Below, piece after piece: positions 30,693-37,626 of a DNA stretch of 58,398 nucleotides. This DNA is from Candidatus Moraniibacteriota bacterium (GTDB taxonomy: Bacteria; Patescibacteriota; Minisyncoccia; Moranbacterales; GCA-2747515): NCBI GenBank assembly GCA_040772365.1, contig JAXGYI010000008.1, forward strand, positions 1 through 58,398, written 5' to 3'. The translations under genes were made by a program, and so were the position numbers. Every line of letters begins with the position of its first letter. Positions within the stretch are counted from its first letter, which is position 1. The notes under the pieces were generated by a model. That model did not search any database and was not told the origin of the DNA. It was given only the letters and a program-made list of their open reading frames with translations.

Positions 30693-31275
30693 TGTTACGA
30701 TGACATACTAAAAACAACGTAACACAGTACTTTAGAAAAAAACAGCGGCGTAAGAGATCGGATGTGTACAGTTTACTTTCAGACAAGCAATAGCTTGTCG
30801 CAAGGAGAGAGTGAATTGCTAGAAGATAGACATCTGACATCTTCCCGCAATCGTTCAACAACGATTGCATGTGATGGATACAAAAAAAGTGAGAGCATAG
30901 ACGAACAATCTATCCTCCTCCATCATTCGCACACGTGTGAGATGCATTGTGGCAGAGAGAGTCCACGATCCACTCCCGGAAAGCGGCATGACAATCACCC
31001 GATACCTTTTTCCAGAGAGATCGGTTGCATCTGACAGACTGAACACCTGTTCGGATGCAAGAATCTCTTTGTAAACAATGCACAGAGAACAGTTTTTTGA
31101 AAGTTCAATATTGCACATTATCATTTCCATATTTTGGATCATCCATTTAAGATTGCAACGCATTAACATCCATTGCAGTTTCAAATGGATGATTCAAAAA
31201 AAACTCCTGGATACTGTAATAGTGCAGTGTCCGGGGCAAAATTCTTTTCCCGCCAATTGGTGGGGAGGAGGAGAG
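30693..31275 (+). ncRNA. Long structured leader or ncRNA (about 580 nt), unclassified
   Basis: Near-continuous stems, many closing only with G-U pairs on the + strand; no credible ORF. Confidence 0.6.
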
Positions 31276-31467
31276 ATGGAGAAAACACAAGAAAATCCAT
31301 GCCCGCTCTGTGGCGGGTATGGGTTTTGGCACGGGTGGGACGGGCTCGGCTATGCCGCGCCCTGTCCCTGTGAAAAAACCTCTCTCCCGTATACGGAGCG
31401 AGGGTACGAAATCGTTCTGGAGTCGCCATGGCTCCAGAGCGATTGGGACACACGCCCCTTTACTTAA
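31276..31467 (+). CDS. Small zinc-finger-like protein (CxxCxGxG...CxC), 63 aa
   Basis: GGAGGAGG SD before the ATG at 31276; 'CPLCGGYG...CPC'. Confidence 0.65.
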   Translation: MEKTQENPCPLCGGYGFWHGWDGLGYAAPCPCEKTSLPYTERGYEIVLESPWLQSDWDTRPFT

Positions 31468-31490
31468 TAAGTAGAGGGGCGCGTCCCACC

Positions 31491-31687
31491 CGGTTTATGT
31501 GTTCCGGGTAAAAAAGAACACTCCTTTACCAGCTCACCAGGGAGGTTAATGGAGAGCACATTATCCCCAAGCAATTGGGGACGTCCGCTGAAAAACGCGG
31601 ACACGTTCAAAAGGGCAAGATCAGTTCAATGCTTGCCCCTCTTATCAAAGCTGCAAATAGGTTGTAGTTTTGTGGGAGATGTTCTTT
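31491..31687 (+). repeat. Structured intergenic element, copy 1
   Basis: About 24 differences over about 198 nt versus copy 2 (manual alignment); six hairpins. Confidence 0.9.
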
Positions 31688-31814
31688 GACGCAACATGTA
31701 CCACAAACTTCGCAAGATATGTGATGGAAATATTTTTTTCGCCACATACCTTGTGAATTTCACGCAAGAGTCGTGCCGGCGAAACCGGTTGCACATTTGC
31801 TCAAGGAGGAAAAA

Positions 31815-31997
31815 ATGAGCGAATTTATGAGAGTACTAGAAGTGCTGTTTTTAGCAGGCGTTATCTTGCTGGTGATAGCACTTGTAGTTGGCTCTGCCTT
31901 CCTTTATTGGAAGGTAACCGCGTCACTGCTGTTTGCGGTGGCGTGGGGGCTAGCCTTCCTTCTCAGTTTCTGCATGCTTTTTGGATGCGGTGATTGA
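31815..31997 (+). CDS. Small 2-TM membrane protein, 60 aa
   Basis: AAGGAGG SD before the ATG at 31815; two hydrophobic helices. Confidence 0.65.
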   Translation: MSEFMRVLEVLFLAGVILLVIALVVGSAFLYWKVTASLLFAVAWGLAFLLSFCMLFGCGD

Positions 31998-32310
31998 TAA
32001 GGGGCTGCCAGAGCCATAGTCGGAGCCAGCTGTGACCGACGAAAAACAAACTGGCAAAGTAAGAGAGTGTAATAGACCAGGAAAATCACTCTCAGGAGTT
32101 CTAGGGAAAACTCCATAAACATTTCCCTCTTCACTAGAGTTTTTATCCACATTACGATAAAAATTCTTAGAAGAGGTGCTCTTTGAAAAAAATACATATT
32201 TTCTCCACATGATTTCATTTGTGTGCTTCTGATCAGGCACGCAAAAATCCCCCGCATAGTGCGGGGGAGAAATCATAAATCCCGTCGGAAAGGCGGGGAG
32301 GAGAAAAAAT

Positions 32311-33199
32311 ATGTATCGTTACGAACTGTTGGATCCACGCCCTCAGGGCATGGAGGCCAATGAAAAAATCTTTGCCGACGCCCCGCAAGGGGTGCTCGGC
32401 ATCGAAGTCACCATCCCTCAGCTGGTGGAGCAGTGCCAGCTGGGGAATATTGACCCCCAGCACTCTGGGGGGAGGGATGATCTGGCGGCCATTGAGGTCG
32501 CCATTTCTCACCCCCTCCCACCTTCTGGGTCCGTGCTCGCCACTGTGTGGGCGGATCTGGATGCTATTGGCTCCATGGCTGTGCTCGCCCTGCGAGCACG
32601 TGGGGTCAATCTGACCCCTGCAATGGAGAGGGTATCGGCAGTCGCGGCTGCCGACAAGACAAAAGCAACAAAATGGCAGGGTCCGCGACCCCTGCCAACA
32701 GTGGTCTCCCCGTGGGGTAACTCCCCGGAGAAACCACTGGCCGCCATCGCGGCCGCTGTTGGGGACTTCCGGGTTCCCCTCAGCGACCGTCGCCCTGATG
32801 GAGCAGTGGCTCCTGACGGGCGAGGAGCCATCCTCATACCGCGAGCGGAGAGGGATGGCGGAGGCTCTTGCCTCCGGCCAGATCCAGATTGAGAAGGTGG
32901 GGGAGGTGGCAGTTGTCACCTCTACCCACAGAGCAGCCACAGGGGTGGGCTACATGCTCGCCCCAGTGGTTGTGGCCCTGAACCCGGAGTTTCGGGTTCA
33001 GGGTGGGGAGCCTCACCGGAAATTCACGATATGCCAGTTTAGTTCTGGCTACTGTGACATTTCTGGTGCCCTTCAAGAGCTCAGTGAGCTTGAGAAGGGT
33101 TGGGGTGGTTCGCCGAGTATCGGCGGGTCTCCTCAGGGAGTATCCTCCACCTTGACGACCGAGCAGGTCGTTGAGGTGATCACCCGTCACCTCCTATAA
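32311..33199 (+). pseudogene. DHH/DHHA1-like phosphoesterase-family protein, frameshifted near 32787
   Basis: GGAGGAG SD; 'NIDPQH' and 'ADLD' in the first frame, 'GWGGSPSIGGSP' in the second; visibly higher GC than its flanks. Confidence 0.6.
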
Positions 33200-33206
33200 A
33201 TACCCT

Positions 33207-33429
33207 CGGTTTGTGTGTTCCGGATAAAAAAGAACACTCCTCTACTGCTCACCATGGAGGTCAATGGAGAGCACACTGTCCCCAAGTAATTGGGGACGTC
33301 CGCTGAAAAACGCGGACACGTTCACGAGGGCAAGGTTTGTTCAATTCTTGCCCCTCTTATCAAAATCGCAAAATAGTTTGTGGTTTTGTGGGAGGTTGTT
33401 CTTTTCAATTTAAAAAGGAGGAGAAAATG
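33207..33429 (+). repeat. Structured intergenic element, copy 2 (extends through the SD and ATG)
   Basis: Matches 31491-31687; its 3' part matches 33891-33971. Confidence 0.9.
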
Positions 33430-33843
33430 AAAATAGCCGGAAAAAACTTTTCGTGCTTACAAGGCCTTGCGGTGTCTCATTCTCAAGAAAAGCAAAACGA
33501 GGAGGAAAAGGTGAAAATCGATGCCAATCATTATTTGTACAAAAAGGTGAATGGGGAGTTCCCTTGCTCTCAATGTGGCACGGAAATGGTATGGCCGGGA
33601 CGGGCCGATCAACCAGAGGAGAAGGTTGATGTATACTCCCATGGAGATGCGGAGTTTCGCTGCTCGTGCGGCAGTATCGAGCGCCGAAACGTTTGGCGCC
33701 GGATCGAGGTGGAAGGTATTCACTACAAGGTTGTTTCTTGTAGTGGATGCGGAAGAAAGGGGAATGCCTCAGTCCGGTCATCCGGTCCGCATTATTGTGG
33801 GGCATGTGCCATGAAAGACTATCTTTCCAATCCGAAGTACTAG
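33427..33843 (+). CDS. Small multi-zinc-ribbon protein
   Basis: AAGGAGGAG SD; CSQC, CSC, CSGC, CGAC; alternative in-frame GTG start at 33511 with its own GGAGG. Confidence 0.65.
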   Translation: MKIAGKNFSCLQGLAVSHSQEKQNEEEKVKIDANHYLYKKVNGEFPCSQCGTEMVWPGRADQPEEKVDVYSHGDAEFRCSCGSIERRNVWRRIEVEGIHYKVVSCSGCGRKGNASVRSSGPHYCGACAMKDYLSNPKY

Positions 33844-33864
33844 GACTGGAAAGAGAAAGAAGGT

Positions 33865-33971
33865 GGGTAAGGCAGTGAAAATTCATTGCTTTGCCCCTCT
33901 TATCAAGACTGCAAAATAGTTTGTGGTTTTGTGGGAGAGGTTCTTTTCAATTTAAAAAGGAGGAGAAAATG
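33865..33971 (+). repeat. Structured intergenic element, partial copy 3
   Basis: TTGCCCCTCTTATCAA...GTTCTTTTCAATTTAAAAAGGAGGAGAAAATG shared with copy 2. Confidence 0.88.
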
Positions 33972-34145
33972 AAGAGAGATGGCTTTTTGTTGATAGTTAT
34001 TTTGTTGGTTGCGGCTGCTCTTCGCCTTTTCCAACTCGCGGCAGCAGCCAGCGAGACGGAAAAGTTGGAGGGATACCTGGCGGAAATCCGTCAGGTAAAT
34101 GCAGAGTTTCGCCAGCAGATAAAGCAGGCGGAACAAAAGCATTAG
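33969..34145 (+). CDS. Small protein with an N-terminal TM/signal segment and a coiled coil, 58 aa
   Basis: AAGGAGGAG SD; hydrophobic N-terminus followed by a heptad-like charged tail. Confidence 0.65.
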   Translation: MKRDGFLLIVILLVAAALRLFQLAAAASETEKLEGYLAEIRQVNAEFRQQIKQAEQKH

Positions 34146-34149
34146 CCCG

Positions 34150-34194
34150 CAGGGTCCAAGTATCGCCAATGTGCGAAAATGGACCCTGTTTTTT
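34150..34194 (+). terminator. Intrinsic terminator ending the small-ORF unit
   Basis: CAGGGTCCA...TGGACCCTG followed by TTTTTT. Confidence 0.75.
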
Positions 34195-34289
34195 GTAGAT
34201 CATATCACCCATACGTGCTGTGTATTTTTAGAAGAAAGGTGTATCTGTATAAAGTACAACACAGTGGTTCGCACGTCATGTAACTCCTA

Positions 34290-34417
34290 CACACCGCCGC
34301 ACAATACGCAAAACACTCCTTGCAAAGATCTTTTGCTGTGGTGTGCTCGTAAAAGTGCAACACGTACAAGATATAACTCTCTCCTTTTTGCGGAGAGGTT
34401 TTGTGTGCGGCGGTGTG
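34290..34417. repeat. 14-bp perfect inverted repeat enclosing internal hairpins (sRNA candidate)
   Basis: CACACCGCCGCACA (34290-34303) / TGTGCGGCGGTGTG (34404-34417). Confidence 0.6.
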
Positions 34418-34456
34418 TTGTGGATGCATGATGTGCCCGTAGGTATTGATGCAATG

Positions 34457-34483
34457 AAAAAAGAGAGCAAGTGCTCTCTTTTT
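34457..34483. terminator. Bidirectional intrinsic terminator downstream of the pilB-like gene
   Basis: AAAAAAGAGAGC-aagt-GCTCTCTTTTT. Confidence 0.8.
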
Positions 34484-34513
34484 GGTTTTTGTCATGCGGT
34501 GCAGATGGCACTG

Positions 34514-37500
34514 CTATAGTGTCGTCACGCGACGGGCTTCTTCCAGTGTAGTGACACCCTCCAACACTTTAAGGATGGCGTCTTGCTCCATGGTGAGCAT
34601 GCCGGATTCCACAGCCTTCTTTTTGATCTCACTGATGAGTGCGCCGCGGCTAATGAGCTCGCGCTGATCGTCGTCCATAATGAATACTTCCGATACCACT
34701 GTGCGACCCTTGTAGCCGATGCCATTACACGTGGGACAGCCTACGGGGACGAATAGTTTTTCGGTTTGCGGGCGTTGCACTGTGACGAGCGGTGAGATGC
34801 TGTCGAGCGTTTTGCCAATCAGAGTTTTTTCTTCTTCTGTTGGATCGTGCTCTTTTTTGCAAGTACAGAGGGTACGCACGAGTCGCTGTGCGATAAACGC
34901 ATTGACGGCAGTAGTGAGGTCATCTGTACCAACACCAAGACGCAGGAGGCGTTGTACAGCACCAGCGGCATCGTTGGTGTGGAGTGAGGAGAGAAGAAGG
35001 TGTCCGGTGAGCGCGGCATTAACGGCTGTTTGTGCGGTTTCCTCGTCGCGGATCTCACCCACGAGCATGACGTCGGGGTCTTGGCGGAGCAGTGATCGCA
35101 GCGCCGATGCAAATGTGTAATCGGTTTTTTTATCAATCTGTGTTTGTAGAATGCCATCAAGCTGATATTCAATCGGATCTTCAATCGTGATGATTTTAAT
35201 GTCAGGGCTGTAAATTTTTCGCAAGATACTGTAGAGTGTTGTAGTTTTACCGGATCCAGTAGGACCGGTATTGAGGACGATGCCGTATGGTTTGGTGACT
35301 TGTGACATGATACGCTCCAGATTGTAGTCGCGAATGCCGATTGTATGGATATCAATATTCACAGTTTCTCTGTTGAGGAGGCGTAGTACAACCGTTTCGC
35401 CATAACCACCGACAATAATGGATACACGCACGTCGACGTGATTTTCTGTAGAGTCTTCTTTTTCATATATAATACGAAAACGGCTATCCGATACACCTTG
35501 GCGAATTGTTGTGGGAATATCACTGACAACTTTAATTTTACTAAGTAATAGTGGATAGCTCAGGAGTGGAAAATTAGCAATAGACTGTAGAACACCGTCC
35601 ATGCGCATACGTACATCCACGTAGTTTTCTTGGGGTTCAATATGAATATCACTAGATCGAAGTGCTTGCCCATAAGAGAGGATGGTGGGCAGCACATCGC
35701 TATCACTTGCAGCGTTGATCAGGGCGTCCATTGCGGCAAAGTCTTGTGTGTGCGCAGCAGCATTTTTTTGGATTTCCTGTGAGACAAAAATACCACGTGA
35801 GAGTGATTGCGACATGAGATCTTCATACAGCTGTGTAATAAGCTCGCTTTCCGTTGTGACACGCATCACCTCTTCAATGGTAGTAATGCCATTCAGTGCT
35901 TTAATAACGCCATCTTGCGTCATTGTGACAAGACCGTTTTCAATAGCAGCTTTTATGATTTCCGTCTCACTTTCCATATTCATCACCATCTGCTCAATCT
36001 GTGGTGTCATGGTGAAGACCTCAAAGATACCGACGCGACCTTTGTAGCCGGTATGATTACAGTGACTACAGCCAACAGCGCGGTAAATCGTAGTGATGTT
36101 TTTAGGGATAGTGAGTTTAGCCTTTGGAGAAATCAGTGCTAGCATTTTCATAAAGATCTCTATGGTCTCTTGTGCTGGTTCGTACTGCTCCTTACAGTGA
36201 GAGCAGAGTGTGCGCACAAGGCGTTGTGCCATAAAAATATTTGTAGCAGAGGGGATAAGGGTTGGTTTGACACCAAGTTCCATAAGGCGCGGAATAGTGG
36301 CAATGGCATTGTTGGTGTGTAGAGTAGAAAGCACTAAATGTCCGGTGAGTGCGGCGTTGACGGCTACATCCGCTGTCTCATCATCACGAATTTCACCAAC
36401 TAAAATTACATCCGGATCTTGACGCACGATGGCGCGCAAGCCACGGGCAAATGTATAGCCGCGTTCTTTGGAGACCTGTGTCTGTGAAATACCTTCAATT
36501 TGATATTCAATAGGATCCTCAATGGTAATAATCTTCGTTTCTTCAGTCTTGATGTGATTGATGAGTGTGTAGAGCGTTGTGGTTTTACCGGATCCAGTAG
36601 GTCCAGTGGTGAGAATCATGCCGGCATTTTTGACCATATTGTTCTGCACATCTTCAAATGCCTTACCCATAAGCCCAAGGCCATTAAGACCTACAAGCAC
36701 GCTGTCACTACGCAGAAGACGCATCACGACACCTTCGGATTCCTTACCAGGAATTGTTGCGACACGCACATCCACATGCGCATTGTCAATATCAAAAAAG
36801 AAATGCCCATCCTGTGCCTCATCGCGAATGTTAATTTTCATTTTCCCCATGAGCTTGATGCGGTTGACAATAAGGTGATAGGCATTGTCGGGAATGGAGA
36901 TGATATTTTGCAGCACACCATCAATGCGGTAGCGCATGGTAATAGCATCACGTTGTGGCTCGAGATGGATATCGCTGGCGCTGAGCTTGATGGCACCGGA
37001 GAAAATAATACTGAGGATTTCTGTTGTAGGTAGGGCGTCAATATTATCTTTGAGTTTAAGGAGCTTGCCCAGACTATCCTCAAACTCTTCCAAATCTTTT
37101 CCGCTCAGTGTCACGCGCATTGTGTCGATGGCGTCGATGAAATAGGCATTTTTGTATTGGCGCATCAGTTTATTGAAGGAGTCCTCGGAAATAACAAAGA
37201 GCTCTACGTCCCACCCTTTAACTTCGCGCAGGTTTTCAATAAAATCTGGTAAGCGTTCATTCATGGGGTCTGTGGTGCCAATTTTGAGAATTTTTCCGGC
37301 ACTACGAAAGACGGCAACGCCAAATTCTTTTGCCGTTTGCTCGGGAATGATAGACACGTCGTCAGTGGAAATCGGGGTGATGTTCAGGTCGATATAGGGG
37401 AGCCCGAGTCTCTTGGCAAGATAGGACGCATACTCTTCTTGGTTTTTTGCGCGTAGCTGTTGTAGTGTACGCGTTGTTTCACGTTCGCGCGGTGTCGCTG

Positions 37501-37531
37501 CTGGGTGTGTGCTTTTTTGGACAATGACCAT
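34514..37531 (-). CDS. GspE/PilB-family secretion ATPase with two tandem ATPase modules
   Basis: Two copies each of 'SDIH.EP', 'GPTGSGKTTTLY', 'TIEDPIEY', 'RQDPDV..VGEIRD', 'LHTN' and Cys zinc motifs. Confidence 0.93.
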   Translation of the reverse strand: MVIVQKSTHPAATPRERETTRTLQQLRAKNQEEYASYLAKRLGLPYIDLNITPISTDDVSIIPEQTAKEFGVAVFRSAGKILKIGTTDPMNERLPDFIENLREVKGWDVELFVISEDSFNKLMRQYKNAYFIDAIDTMRVTLSGKDLEEFEDSLGKLLKLKDNIDALPTTEILSIIFSGAIKLSASDIHLEPQRDAITMRYRIDGVLQNIISIPDNAYHLIVNRIKLMGKMKINIRDEAQDGHFFFDIDNAHVDVRVATIPGKESEGVVMRLLRSDSVLVGLNGLGLMGKAFEDVQNNMVKNAGMILTTGPTGSGKTTTLYTLINHIKTEETKIITIEDPIEYQIEGISQTQVSKERGYTFARGLRAIVRQDPDVILVGEIRDDETADVAVNAALTGHLVLSTLHTNNAIATIPRLMELGVKPTLIPSATNIFMAQRLVRTLCSHCKEQYEPAQETIEIFMKMLALISPKAKLTIPKNITTIYRAVGCSHCNHTGYKGRVGIFEVFTMTPQIEQMVMNMESETEIIKAAIENGLVTMTQDGVIKALNGITTIEEVMRVTTESELITQLYEDLMSQSLSRGIFVSQEIQKNAAAHTQDFAAMDALINAASDSDVLPTILSYGQALRSSDIHIEPQENYVDVRMRMDGVLQSIANFPLLSYPLLLSKIKVVSDIPTTIRQGVSDSRFRIIYEKEDSTENHVDVRVSIIVGGYGETVVLRLLNRETVNIDIHTIGIRDYNLERIMSQVTKPYGIVLNTGPTGSGKTTTLYSILRKIYSPDIKIITIEDPIEYQLDGILQTQIDKKTDYTFASALRSLLRQDPDVMLVGEIRDEETAQTAVNAALTGHLLLSSLHTNDAAGAVQRLLRLGVGTDDLTTAVNAFIAQRLVRTLCTCKKEHDPTEEEKTLIGKTLDSISPLVTVQRPQTEKLFVPVGCPTCNGIGYKGRTVVSEVFIMDDDQRELISRGALISEIKKKAVESGMLTMEQDAILKVLEGVTTLEEARRVTTL

Positions 37532-37626
37532 AGGGGTAATATGATTTTTCTTTTATCATATCAGCAGTTCCCGTAAAAAGAAAGCGTTCGCTGTACAGGG
37601 CGTACTGTATAATGTGAAGATGCCTA

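Noticed and set aside
30762-31275. ORFs 30762-31034, 30855-31184 and the 5' extension of 31078-31467
   Set aside because: No SD or recognisable motifs, and they overlap the paired region. The SD-supported start is 31276.
32143-32151. Isolated perfect DnaA boxes (also 58316-58324)
   Set aside because: Single 9-mers without a cluster; the first lies within a hairpin. This is not enough to call an origin.
32233-32940. 235-aa minus-strand ORF and other long antisense ORFs (e.g. 3573-4202, 42094-42687, 49774-50328)
   Set aside because: They are shadows of better-supported genes on the opposite strand.
31491-33971. Repeats as a CRISPR array or integron attC sites
   Set aside because: Units are about 200 nt with six separate hairpins, not 25-45-nt repeats with regular spacers or a single attC-type stem. 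No cas or intI gene is in the window.
29729-34194. Prophage call for the island
   Set aside because: No integrase, terminase, capsid, tail or att duplication was seen. A phage-derived origin of individual genes remains possible.
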